DNA from: Alphaproteobacteria bacterium
Lineage (GTDB): Bacteria > Pseudomonadota > Alphaproteobacteria > TMED109
DNA: 64,000 bases
Assembly (NCBI GenBank): GCA_965203385.1
Contig: OZ241893.1
Location: forward strand, 269,986 to 333,985
Direction of reading: 5' to 3'
Shown here: one piece after another, positions 10,134 through 19,583 of the stretch
Numbering within the stretch: the first letter of the stretch is position 1
Layout: each line of letters starts with the position of its first letter
Notes under the pieces: model-generated
Database searches by the model: none
Told to the model about the DNA's origin: nothing
What the model saw: only the letters and a program-made list of their open reading frames with translations
Program-made: the position numbers and the translations under genes

Positions 10134-10831
10134 CCGGCTTCGCGCCGGGTGCGCCACGAATCACCGTCGATGGTGATGAGGGCGGCGTCGTGCATCAGTC
10201 GGTCGACGGTGCCGGCGATGCCGGCGGCGCTGGGGAAGACGCGGTCCCACTGGGCGAAGGCCAGCGTGGTGGTGACCAGGGTGGAGCGGCGCTGGTAGCG
10301 CCGCGAGACGAGGGCGTAGAGGAGGTCGGCCGCGGGGCTCTTGAGGGTCACATATCCGATCTCGTCGAGGACCAGCAGGCGGGGCCGGGCGAGGATTCCG
10401 AGGCGGCGGCGCAGTTCGCTTCTCGAGGAGATCTCGACGAGTTTGTCGAGCAACTCCGGCGCTTTCTCGAAGCGGACGGTGTGGCCGTGCAGGAGCGCCT
10501 GGTGCGCGACGTTGGCGGCGATCATGGTCTTGCCGGTGCCCTGTCCGCCGACGAGCACGGCGTTGTCGGCCCGCTCGATGAAGGCGAGGCTCATCAGGGC
10601 CTCGACGCGGTCGCGGCTCAGGTCGCGCGGCCAGGTCCAGTCGAAGTCCGCCAGCGGCTTGAAGGCCGGCAGCCGCGCCCCGGCGCGGCGGCGGTCGTAG
10701 CTGCGGGTGTGGCGCACCCGTTCCTCGCTGGCGATCAGTTCCTCGACCCAGCCGGCGCTGCCGACCTCCTCCCAGCGTTCGAGCAGTCCGCGGAGGCCGA
10801 GGGCGGCGGCCCGTTTCCTGAGGTCGCTCAT
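10130..10831 (-). CDS. istB: IS21-family helper ATPase IstB
   Basis: 233 aa with a Walker A (VGGQGTGKT) and Walker B (LLVLDEIGY). The start overlaps the istA stop (ATGA). Confidence 0.9.
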   Translation of the reverse strand: MSDLRKRAAALGLRGLLERWEEVGSAGWVEELIASEERVRHTRSYDRRRAGARLPAFKPLADFDWTWPRDLSRDRVEALMSLAFIERADNAVLVGGQGTGKTMIAANVAHQALLHGHTVRFEKAPELLDKLVEISSRSELRRRLGILARPRLLVLDEIGYVTLKSPAADLLYALVSRRYQRRSTLVTTTLAFAQWDRVFPSAAGIAGTVDRLMHDAALITIDGDSWRTRREAG

Positions 10832-12321
10832 GACGCGTCCCGGTCGGCCGCGGCGGGCCGGTCGTAGGCGTCGAGGCCGGTCGCCCGGGGAGTCGTGCCG
10901 CGGCCGTCGCGGTCGTCGTCGGTGAGGCTGACAGGCGGCAGGCCCCGCTGGCGGCGGCGCTCCTCGAGGATGGCGCGCACCGTTTCGGGGTGATATGACC
11001 CGCGATCGTGCGCCATGGCGATCCCCCGGTCGACCTCGTCGGCGCCGTGCGTGTCGAGCAGCTTGGTCAGGATCCGGGCGCAGTACGTGACGTTCCGGCC
11101 CCGATGCCCGGCGTGCGCGAGCATCTCCTCCGCCCGCGGCACGGCGCGCAGCAGCCGGTCGCGCAGGCTCATGGCCCGGCCCTGCCGCTTGCGCGCCGCC
11201 AGCGCCCGGGCATGCTCCGGGTCGCTGACGGCCTGCTGCCGGTCGTAGCAGCGCCGGTGGCGCGCGACCTCGCGGGTACCGTCGAGGAGGCGGACGGTGC
11301 TGCGGTCGGCGGCGAGGGTCAGCGTCGCTCCGGCGAAGTCGGGCGGGACGCTGTAGTCGTTCGTATCGAACCGTGCGTAACAGGTCCGGTCGATGCGCGC
11401 CGGGCGGATCTCGTGGCACGAGAAGGGTGCGTCCGGCAGCGGCACCAGCATCGGCTTTTCCCGCTCGTAGGCGTCCCGGACGAGCTGGCGGTCGTCGTCC
11501 GGCCAGGGCCGCTCGGCGGCGATGCCGGCGCACCACGCCCGGGCCGCGGCGTTGAGTTCGTCGAGCGGGGCCGAGAGGTCGCGACCGGCGAAGAAGCTGG
11601 TGCGCACGAAGCGGACGCGGCGTTCCACGCGCCCCTTCTCCTGCGGCCGCCGGGGCCAGGCGGCGCTCGGCTCGAAGGCGTAGTGGGCGGCCAGCGCGAG
11701 CAGGGTCGAATGGAAGGTGACGGCCTTGCCCCGGCGCGTGATCACGGCGCTCTTGAGGTTGTCGAACAGGAGCCTTCTGGGCACACCGCCGAACGCTGCG
11801 AAGGCCTCGACATGGCCCTGCAGGAAGCTCGGCATCCGCGCGTCGTAAAACAGGCTGAGAGAGGTCTGGCGCGAATAGCTGAGGGTCACCAGCAGCCCCA
11901 TCAGCGGGCGCCGCGCCTGGCCGATATCGACCTTCCCGAACTCGGCCCAGTCGACCTGCGCCTGCTCCGCCGGCAGGAAGCGGAGCCGCAGCGACGGCTC
12001 GGGCCGCCGGGCGGGCCGGAGGTCGAGGGCGCGCAGGCTGTGGCGAAAGTGATCCTCCCCGCCCTGGTAGCCCCGCGCCTTGACCTGCCGCCAGAGCGTG
12101 CCGGCCGGCAGCCGCGGCTCCTCTTCGAGCTGCTTCCGGATGAAGGGCACGAAGGTGTCGATGAACTTCGCCCGCGGCCGCCGCTCCGCGCCGGCCGCCC
12201 GCAGCGCCCGCGTCACCGTACCGTGGTGTACGCCGAGATGCCGCGCGATGGTCCCGACCGGCCAGCCCTCGGCCCGCGACAGCCGCACGATCGTCGACCG
12301 CATCTCCTCGTCGATAGCCAT
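10828..12321 (-). CDS. istA: IS21-family transposase IstA
   Basis: 497 aa with an N-terminal HTH (GWPVGTIARHLGVHHGTV) and a DDE integrase core (QVDWAEFG...LFDNLKSAV). Confidence 0.9.
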   Translation of the reverse strand: MAIDEEMRSTIVRLSRAEGWPVGTIARHLGVHHGTVTRALRAAGAERRPRAKFIDTFVPFIRKQLEEEPRLPAGTLWRQVKARGYQGGEDHFRHSLRALDLRPARRPEPSLRLRFLPAEQAQVDWAEFGKVDIGQARRPLMGLLVTLSYSRQTSLSLFYDARMPSFLQGHVEAFAAFGGVPRRLLFDNLKSAVITRRGKAVTFHSTLLALAAHYAFEPSAAWPRRPQEKGRVERRVRFVRTSFFAGRDLSAPLDELNAAARAWCAGIAAERPWPDDDRQLVRDAYEREKPMLVPLPDAPFSCHEIRPARIDRTCYARFDTNDYSVPPDFAGATLTLAADRSTVRLLDGTREVARHRRCYDRQQAVSDPEHARALAARKRQGRAMSLRDRLLRAVPRAEEMLAHAGHRGRNVTYCARILTKLLDTHGADEVDRGIAMAHDRGSYHPETVRAILEERRRQRGLPPVSLTDDDRDGRGTTPRATGLDAYDRPAAADRDAS

Positions 12322-12354
12322 GAAATCGCCTCCCGTTGTGTCTCCATGACGCGA

Positions 12355-12795
12355 TCAGGGGTCCGCCAGCACCAGATGCGAGCACACCCGACCGCAGATG
12401 ACGCATCGAGGCACGGATTCGCGCCTCGATCGCGCCGGAAACACCCGACATAGGGGCTCGCGCCGGGGTCCGGAAGAGTGGTCCGTAACGGTTGGGCGGA
12501 AAGCGGCGCCAGCCGGGGCCGAAGGAGCGGCGCGGAACGGGCCCGCAGCCGCCGCCCGGGCGGCCAGGCGCGCCCGGAGCGCCTGACGCCTCCGGTAGCG
12601 CTGCTGACGGATCCGGCCCGTCTCGCGCCCCCGCTCGGTGCGGCGGTAGCGCCTCCGCGCCGCCCGGCGGTTCTCGACCCGGGACCGCTCGCTGCAGGCC
12701 CGGGAGCAGTACATCTGGCCGCGGTCGCAGGACCGGCAGATCACGACCTGCCGACGGCACCGCTGGCACGGGAACAGGCGTCCGGTCCGGCACAT
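12355..12795 (-). CDS. Cys-rich, Arg-rich hypothetical protein (zinc-ribbon-like) upstream of istA
   Basis: 146 aa. The N-terminus has CQRC-x6-CRSC-x6-C-x3-C and the C-terminus has CVICGRVC. It is intact in both copies. High-GC background makes a spurious ORF possible. Confidence 0.45.
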   Translation of the reverse strand: MCRTGRLFPCQRCRRQVVICRSCDRGQMYCSRACSERSRVENRRAARRRYRRTERGRETGRIRQQRYRRRQALRARLAARAAAAGPFRAAPSAPAGAAFRPTVTDHSSGPRREPLCRVFPARSRRESVPRCVICGRVCSHLVLADP

Positions 12796-13218
12796 CGCTC
12801 CGCCCGAGAGCGAGGTAGACCCAAACGCCGGAATGCCGGATACTCCACGGGAGTTCGGTCCCCGTGACCGGCTCGTTCAGGTGCGGCGCCGGGATTCTGG
12901 GTGAATCTGTGCCGGCGCCGCATCACTCTCTTCTTCCCTGCTGCGATACCACGCGGACACGGCCGTGGCAAAGCCGGCCCGACCGAACCGGCGACAAGAA
13001 CGCACTCGATCTATCCCGAATGGTGCCGTGCGCCCGACCCCTGCCTCAGGCGCGAATCTCACTCCGACACAGTACGGAAATCCGGCCGCCGGCCGGCGCA
13101 CACGATCGATACCCCACGGTACGACTCGACCAATAGGACCGTACAATGGGAAAAGGAACGATCCTGGCCAAAACGCGGCTTACCGCCAGAATCCCGCGCT
13201 TTTTCGCAGCCATCAACA

Positions 13219-13562
13219 GCGCCCGAGGGGACATGGAGAACCGCATCAAGGAACACCAACTCTGGCTCTTTGCCGATCGGACCTCGACCGCCAAGATGCG
13301 TTCCAACCAGTTGCGACTGTACTTCTCGACCTTCGCCGGGATGCTGATGACCCTGCTGCGCCGGTTTGGCCTGTCGGGCACCGCGCTGGCCCGGGCCACG
13401 GCCGACACGATCTGCACCCGGCTGTTCAAGATCGGTACCCGCATCACCGTCAGCCGGCGCCGGATCCGCATCGCGTTCGCGTCGGTCTATCCGCTCCAGT
13501 CGCTGTTCGCCCACGTGCTCGCGGCCCTGCGGGCGCCGCCGGCCCGCGCCGGCCCCGCCTGA
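13219..13562 (+). pseudogene. IS1380-family transposase, 3' part
   Basis: The frame of ORF 13146..13562 reads ..ARGDMENRIKEHQLWLFADRTSTAKMRSNQLRLYFS.., continuing the 5' part across the IS21 insertion. Confidence 0.85.
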
Positions 13563-13875
13563 CCGCCCACCCACGGACCGTTCACTACAGGGATTCGACG
13601 CGCTGCTCTGGAGCGCCGCCGGCGGAGTTTGTCCTGCGTCCGGTTATTTCCACGTGCCCGCCGCCGAATCGGCCTCATGAGACCCCTCACCGACCTCCGA
13701 GAGCGGGTTGCCAGGCCTCCGTGGTGCGATTCCCGACCCGAACGCCGGCTGAATCGGTGTTCAGTGCGCTCAGTGCCGTCGTGTCGGGCGCTGGTGAGAA
13801 ATGCGCGCTAGCCGGCTACTACCAGAGATTAAGAACATATTATGGATAAAAAAAAGAATATACTCCTCAAACCAA

Positions 13876-14371
13876 CAAGGGGGCGACCGGCTTCCGATTG
13901 TCCTGTACAATAGCAGATCCCGATGGTCGGCTCCGGAGGAAATCGGCAATCTGATCGCCCCGGCCGGCGTGACCCTCGCACCGGTCCAGTTGCATCAGCG
14001 CTATCTTCTGGCGGATGAACACACACTTCGTGTCACGGGTCTTCCGAAGGACAACCTCGTGACGATGCAGATCGCGCTGGAACAGGGACCGCATGGAGCC
14101 GAATCTGCAAAGGCTGGCCGTGCTGCTGCAGGGCCCGGGCGACGAGAGCCTGAGACGGATCTTCGGGGAATGGGCACAGGGGCTTTTCGAGCGAACCGAC
14201 CTGGCATCGACAGATCCGGGTCTGACCGTTGAGCTTCGTCGTCTCGGAGAAACAGGAGGATTGGAAGAAATGGCAACGATATTCGCTGAAGCTGACGAGA
14301 AAACCATGGCTATCTGCATGATCATCCCGATTTGGGGAGTTTCCGAAGATTTTTCTTCGGAAACGGCGTGA
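13876..14371 (+). pseudogene. Rpn/YhgA-like (PD-(D/E)XK) nuclease/putative transposase, C-terminal fragment with a frameshift
   Basis: RLPIVLYNSRSRWSAPEEIGNLI parallels RLPLVIPIVFFNGRKPWTVPLSIVDMI of the full-length paralog at 60861..61823. It lacks the N-terminal half, and the frame changes near 14090-14100. Confidence 0.55.
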
Positions 14372-14376
14372 CCGGC

Positions 14377-15336
14377 ATGTCCCTGCTCAAGGCGAACCCC
14401 GTCTACAAGCCGTTCCGCTACCCGTGGGCCTACGAAGCCTGGCTGCAGCAGCAGCGCATCCATTGGCTTCCGGAAGAAGTCCCGCTCGCCGAAGACGTCA
14501 AGGACTGGAGCGAGAAACTCACCGAGGCCGAGCGAAACCTGCTGACCCAGATCTTCCGGTTCTTCGTCCAGTCGGACGTCGAGGTCAACAACTGCTACAT
14601 GCGCCACTACGCACGCGTGTTCGAACCCACCGAGGTCCAGATGATGCTCGCCGCGTTCTCCAACATGGAGACGGTGCACATTGCCGCGTATTCGCATCTC
14701 CTCGATACGGTCGGCATACCGGAAGTCGAATATGAAGCCTTCCTCAACATCAAGGAGATGCGCGACAAGTACGACTACATGCAGGGGTTCGGCACGGAAA
14801 CCAAGGAAGACATCGCCCGCACCCTCGCCATGTTCGGAGCCTTCACCGAGGGGATTCAGCTCTTCGCCAGTTTCGCGGTACTGCTGAATTTTCCGCGCTT
14901 CAACAAGATGAAGGGAATGGGGCAGATCATCACGTGGTCGGCCCGGGACGAGACCCTGCACACGAACTCGATCGTGCGCCTCTACCGGACCTTTTTGCAG
15001 GAAAACCCGGATATCGATACCGACGGGCTGGCGAAAGACCTGCTGGAAGCCTGCGAAACCGTCGTCGGCCACGAGGATGCCTTCATCGACCGGGCCTTCG
15101 AAATGGGCGGGGTCGAGGGCCTCACCGGCGACGAGGTGAAGGCCTACATCCGGTATATCGCCGACCGCCGCCTCGACCGTCTTGGCCTGCCGCCCCTTTA
15201 TGACGCCAAGGTCAACCCGCTGCCGTGGATGGACGAAATGCTCAATGCCCTTGAGCACACCAATTTCTTCGAGAACCGTTCCACGGAATACTCGCGGGCC
15301 GCAACACGGGGAACCTGGGAAGAAGCCTTCGGCTGA
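14377..15336 (+). CDS. nrdB: ribonucleotide-diphosphate reductase beta subunit (R2)
   Basis: The ATG at 14377 lies within ORF 14332..15336. Motifs are IHWLPEEV, FFVQSDVEVNN and TVHIAAYSHLLD. The ferritin-like R2 pattern is clear. Confidence 0.85.
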   Translation: MSLLKANPVYKPFRYPWAYEAWLQQQRIHWLPEEVPLAEDVKDWSEKLTEAERNLLTQIFRFFVQSDVEVNNCYMRHYARVFEPTEVQMMLAAFSNMETVHIAAYSHLLDTVGIPEVEYEAFLNIKEMRDKYDYMQGFGTETKEDIARTLAMFGAFTEGIQLFASFAVLLNFPRFNKMKGMGQIITWSARDETLHTNSIVRLYRTFLQENPDIDTDGLAKDLLEACETVVGHEDAFIDRAFEMGGVEGLTGDEVKAYIRYIADRRLDRLGLPPLYDAKVNPLPWMDEMLNALEHTNFFENRSTEYSRAATRGTWEEAFG

Positions 15337-15362
15337 CGCCGCCGGGAACTTGTCCGGCGCGG

Positions 15363-16568
15363 TCAGTCGGCTGACGCCGGACGGTCCTCCTGCAGGCTGG
15401 CCAGCGCCGCCGCCGCACCGCCGGCCTGATGGGGCACGCCCGCATCCGCCAGGGCCAGTTCCGTCGCCCCCAGAGAACCGAGAATCATCGCTTCGCTCAG
15501 CGCCCCGAGGTGACCGATACGGAATCCCTTCGCTGCCCACTGGCCGATGGCCGCCGCGTGGGCGACACCGTACCGATCCCGGCACAGCGTCCGGAACGCC
15601 TCGGGATCCGCCCCTTCGGACAGCAGGATCGCGGTGACCGAATCACTGTGTTCGGCCGGGTTGGTGCTGACCAGTTCGAGCCCCCATCCCGCCACGGCCG
15701 CCCGTACCGCCCGGGCGATCCGGCGGTGCCGGGCACATACCCTGTCGGGCCCCTCTTCGAACAGCATCTCGAGAGCTGTTGCCAGCCCGTACCAAAGCGG
15801 AATGGCCGGCGTGGAAATGAATCCCAGGGAGCCTTCCGGTCCGAGGTGCTGATCCCAGTCCCAGAAGTAGCGCGGGCAGCCGCCCGCCGACCGGGCGGCT
15901 TCGAGCGCCCGCTCTGACAACGCATTGAAGGCCAGCCCGGGCGGCAGCATGAGCCCCTTCTGGCTGCCGCCCACACAGATATCCACACGCCACGCATCAT
16001 GGCGGTAGGGGATCGACGCAAAGGAAGAAATGACATCGGCGATCAGCAGCGCCGGATGCCCGGCGGCATCCATTGCCGACCGGACCGCCGGAAGATCGCT
16101 CAACACGCCCGTCGACGTTTCGTTGTGCACCACGCAGACGGCCTTGATGCGTTGCGACCCGTCCGCCCGCAGGCGCTCTTCCACCCGGTTGGCATCAACC
16201 CCGGTGCGCCAGTCGCCGGGAAGGTAGTCGACCTCCAGGCCCAGCCGCTCGGCCATTTCCTTCCAGCGCTGCGAAAAGAAGCCGGTTTCCGCCATGAGCA
16301 CGCGGTCGCCGGGACTCAGCGGGTTGACCAGCGCGGCCTCCCACGCGCCGTGGCCGGGCGCACTCATCAGCGCCACCGGTGACCGGGTCTCGAGGAGTTT
16401 CTTCAGGCCCAGGTAGGCCCGCTCGGCAACCGCAAGGAACTCCGGGCTCCGGTGGTCCGCCTGCGGTGCCGCCATTGCGGCCGTGATCCGCCGCGGGATG
16501 TTGGTCGGCCCGGGCGTGTGCAGGAATTGCCAGCCGGGGCGCCCCGGCCGATCAGTGGGATCAAACAA
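15363..16568 (-). CDS. class V PLP-dependent aminotransferase (serine-glyoxylate/alanine-glyoxylate type)
   Basis: 401 aa, with HTPGPTNIP near the N-terminus, VVHNETSTG and GGSQKGLMLPPGL. Confidence 0.8.
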   Translation of the reverse strand: MFDPTDRPGRPGWQFLHTPGPTNIPRRITAAMAAPQADHRSPEFLAVAERAYLGLKKLLETRSPVALMSAPGHGAWEAALVNPLSPGDRVLMAETGFFSQRWKEMAERLGLEVDYLPGDWRTGVDANRVEERLRADGSQRIKAVCVVHNETSTGVLSDLPAVRSAMDAAGHPALLIADVISSFASIPYRHDAWRVDICVGGSQKGLMLPPGLAFNALSERALEAARSAGGCPRYFWDWDQHLGPEGSLGFISTPAIPLWYGLATALEMLFEEGPDRVCARHRRIARAVRAAVAGWGLELVSTNPAEHSDSVTAILLSEGADPEAFRTLCRDRYGVAHAAAIGQWAAKGFRIGHLGALSEAMILGSLGATELALADAGVPHQAGGAAAALASLQEDRPASAD

Positions 16569-16578
16569 GAAAGTGGTC

Positions 16579-18891
16579 TCAGGCAGTGCGGCGGGAGGCA
16601 GTATCGATCAGCGACCAGATCCGCTCCGGTGTTGCCGGCATGTCAACATGTTCCACACCGTACGGCTGAAGCGCATCGACAACGGCGTTGATGATGGCGG
16701 GTGGAGAGCCGATGGCCCCCGCTTCCCCGGCCCCCTTCATTCCCAACGCGTTGGTGGTCGACGGTACGACATTATACCTGAAATCGATGGACGACGGCGC
16801 GTTATCGGCCCGCGGCATGGCGTAATCCATGAACGAGGCGCTCAGCAGTTGACCGGTGTCGGAATCGTATTGCGTACGCTCCAGCAGTGCCTGTCCGAGC
16901 CCCTGTACGATTCCGCCCTGGACCTGGCCCTCGAGCAGCACCGGATTGATGACGGTGCCGAAATCGTCCACCACCGTGTACTGCACGATCTGCACCACCC
17001 CGGTTTCCAGATCGATCTCCAGTTCACACACGTGGGTGCCGTTCGGAAACGTGGCGGCGGGCGGAGTCCATCTGGCGGCTTCCGACAGCGGGTCGCCGGC
17101 CTCGGAAGCGCGCCGGGAGGCCTCGCCGAGAGAGACCGAAAGATCGGTGCCCGGCACGATGAACTGGCCGTCCCGGAACTCGATGTCATCGGCCGATGCC
17201 TCCAACTGGTCGGCTGCGAGACTGCGACCCCGCCGAATCACCTGCAGCGCGGCATCCGACAACGCCGCGCCGCCCACCGGAACCGAACGGGACCCGCCGG
17301 TCCCGGACCCGAATCCGATCACGGAAGTATCGCCCTGGACGATGTCGATCTGGTCGAACGAAAGCCCCAGGCGCTCGGACACGATCTGCCGGTACGCGGT
17401 TTCGTGGCCCTGCCCGTTGGACTGGGTCCCGATCAGCACCCGGGCGCGGCCGTCCGCATCGATCTCGATGGTGGCCTCTTCGGGCCCGCCCCCCGAGCAG
17501 GCCTCGATGTAACTCGCGAGCCCGATTCCGCGAAGCCGTCCGTGTCGCTCGGAGAAGTCGCGCCGGGCCGGAAACTCATCCCAGTACGATTTCGCGATGG
17601 CATCCTCCATGTTCTTGACGAAATCGCCGGTGTCGTAGGTCTCCCCCATGGGCGTGGTGAACGGCATCTCGTCCGCACGGATGAAGTTGCGCCGCCGAAT
17701 CTCGCCCGGGGCAAGGCCGAGTTCCCGGGCGGCCTTGTCCACCAGCCGCTCGACGACAAACGCCGCTTCGGGCCGGCCGGCGCCCCGGTAGGCATCGACC
17801 GGCGGCGTGTTGGTGAACACCCCCTGCACGTGCGCATACACCGCCGGGGTCCGGTAGCAGCCAGCGAGCATTGCGGTGCCCGCCAGCGTCGGAACGAAAA
17901 TTCCGAAGTTCGAGCACTGGGCGCCCAAGTTCGCAACCGTATGCACGCGAAGCCCGAGGAAGCGGGCGTCCGCATCCAGCGCGAGCTCGGCCCGGGTAAC
18001 GTGGTCGCGGCCGTGGGTGTCCGAAACAAAGGCCTCGGAACGCTCGGAAATCCAGCGGACCGGCCGCCCCAGCGCCCGGGCGGCAAACAGCACGTGCACG
18101 TACTCCGGATACAGAAAGATCTTCATCCCGAAACCGCCGCCCACGTCACTCGTGCGCACCTGCATTTCGCTGGCCTTGACCCCCAGGATCTTCGCGAGCT
18201 GCCCCTGGATCAGGTGCACCCCCTGCGAACCACAGGTAATCGAGTAACCGCTGCCCTCCTCGTAGCTGCCGATGGCCGCCCGGCATTCCATCGGGTTCGG
18301 GACCAGTCGATTGTTCACCAGTTCGAGCGAGACCACCCGCGCCGCCTTCCCGAACGCGGCCTCGGTCTCGGCCTCGTCGCCAAGGGCCCAGTCGAAGCAA
18401 CGATTGCGGGCAATGGTGTCGTGTACCTGCGGAGCATTCTCGACCAGGGCGGCAGCGGTATCGGTGACCGCCGGGCGCTCGGCATAGTCGACCTCCACCA
18501 GTTCGGCGGCATCGCGCGCGAGGTTCGCCGTTTCGGCCACGACGATGGCCACCGGCTCCCCGACATATCGCACCCGTCCGTCCGCAAGCGCCGGACGCGT
18601 CGGAACCTGGTGGTCCGTTCCGTCCCGGTTCTTCCCTGCGTACAGGCAAGGCAGGGTACCGACGTCCGCCGCCGCCAGGTCCTTGGCGGTAAAGACGCCG
18701 AGCACACCTTCGGCCGCGGACGCAGCACGGGTGTCGACGGAACGAATGTCTGCACAGGCCATCGGCGAGCGGACCACCTGCATCCAGGTCTGGCCGGGAA
18801 GCACGTGGTCGGCCGTGTAGCGTCCCTTGCCGGTGAGAAAGCGGGGATCTTCGGCCCGCTTCACGGACCGACCAATACCGAATAGGTTCAT
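16579..18891 (-). CDS. xanthine dehydrogenase-family molybdopterin-binding large subunit, form-II CoxL-like
   Basis: The ATG at 18891 (MNLFGIGRSVKRAEDPRFLTGKGRY) lies within ORF 16579..19107. It contains the AYRGAGR motif. No CoxS/CoxM-like genes are adjacent. Confidence 0.8.
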   Translation of the reverse strand: MNLFGIGRSVKRAEDPRFLTGKGRYTADHVLPGQTWMQVVRSPMACADIRSVDTRAASAAEGVLGVFTAKDLAAADVGTLPCLYAGKNRDGTDHQVPTRPALADGRVRYVGEPVAIVVAETANLARDAAELVEVDYAERPAVTDTAAALVENAPQVHDTIARNRCFDWALGDEAETEAAFGKAARVVSLELVNNRLVPNPMECRAAIGSYEEGSGYSITCGSQGVHLIQGQLAKILGVKASEMQVRTSDVGGGFGMKIFLYPEYVHVLFAARALGRPVRWISERSEAFVSDTHGRDHVTRAELALDADARFLGLRVHTVANLGAQCSNFGIFVPTLAGTAMLAGCYRTPAVYAHVQGVFTNTPPVDAYRGAGRPEAAFVVERLVDKAARELGLAPGEIRRRNFIRADEMPFTTPMGETYDTGDFVKNMEDAIAKSYWDEFPARRDFSERHGRLRGIGLASYIEACSGGGPEEATIEIDADGRARVLIGTQSNGQGHETAYRQIVSERLGLSFDQIDIVQGDTSVIGFGSGTGGSRSVPVGGAALSDAALQVIRRGRSLAADQLEASADDIEFRDGQFIVPGTDLSVSLGEASRRASEAGDPLSEAARWTPPAATFPNGTHVCELEIDLETGVVQIVQYTVVDDFGTVINPVLLEGQVQGGIVQGLGQALLERTQYDSDTGQLLSASFMDYAMPRADNAPSSIDFRYNVVPSTTNALGMKGAGEAGAIGSPPAIINAVVDALQPYGVEHVDMPATPERIWSLIDTASRRTA

Positions 18892-19116
18892 GGGCACTCC
18901 TGAGAGGGGACGCCCTGCCGCGCCCGTTTGACGGTCATGATACGGGGAGGGTTGCGTTCGACAAGGCGGGCCGGGTTGACCGGCACGGTCCGGTCGCCCG
19001 ATCCGTGCTTCCGTGCCGTCAGCGAACAACTTCCGCTGAACGGATGGAGCCCGTACTTGCTGCAATGAGGTGCTTCGAAGAATTTCGGCGGAGCACCGGA
19101 GCTCCACCCCTTGATT

Positions 19117-19303
19117 TTACGCCGCGAAAATAATCCCCGCCGAACCGTTCCGGGTTTTCCGGTAGGCGATCGCGAGCAGTGCTTCGGCCGAGGCATTCGT
19201 GTATCCGTCGCTGGCGGAGAGCACATCGTGTCCGAGATCGAGCAGGGTCCGATGCGGGATGCGCGATGCGCGATGCCACGCAGACATCGAGAAGGAATTT
19301 CAC
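19117..19303 (-). pseudogene. DUF5615-like (PIN/Mut7-C-like) toxin remnant, frameshifted and truncated
   Basis: The GTG start reads MKFLLDVCVASRIAH. After a GCATCGC-type local repeat, a second frame reads HRTLLDLGHDVLSASDGYTNASAEALLAIAYR. The length is too short for the family. Confidence 0.45.
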
Positions 19304-19556
19304 GAAGCTTCGTGCCGAGAGATTCGATCATGGACACGTTCGCCGGCCAGAGAACGATGGGCGAAAACCAGACAGGCGCGGATGTCCTCGGGCTCGAGAA
19401 AGGGATATTCGTCGAGTATGGTTTCTGCGCTGTCTCCCGCCGCCAGCTTGCCCAGGACATGCTCGACTGCGACGCGCATATCGCGGATGATCGGCTTGCC
19501 GCCAAAGACATCCGCCGCACGGTGATGCGATCCAGCAGTTCGGTTTCTTCGGTCAT
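19300..19556 (-). pseudogene. DUF433-like antitoxin-type protein with a 1-nt frameshift
   Basis: MTEETELLDRITV is followed, after a missing base near 19517, by ADVFGGKPIIRDMRVAVEHVLGKLAAGDSAETILDEYPFLEPEDIRACL. Its stop overlaps the downstream GTG (GTGA). Confidence 0.5.
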
Positions 19557-19583
19557 TTCTCTACCCTCCGTTCATTCGGGTTG

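Larger units (their letters stand above)
8587..13218 (-). mobile_element. IS21-family element with three extra ORFs, copy A (4,632 bp)
   Basis: About 80 bp of imperfect terminal IRs begin with TGTTG. The 5-bp direct duplication GCGCC lies at 8582..8586 and 13219..13223. The element interrupts the IS1380 transposase between ..EKVYCA and RGDMENRIKE.. and has the same length as copy B. Confidence 0.85.
7391..13807 (+). mobile_element. IS1380-family insertion sequence (about 1.78 kb of its own sequence) carrying a nested IS21-family element
   Basis: The 15-bp terminal IRs are CCCGGATTTCTCACC (7391..7405) and the reverse complement of 13793..13807, matching 13/15. A 4-bp direct duplication CTAG lies at 7387..7390 and 13808..13811. 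The internal transposase fragments are IS1380-like. Confidence 0.75.
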
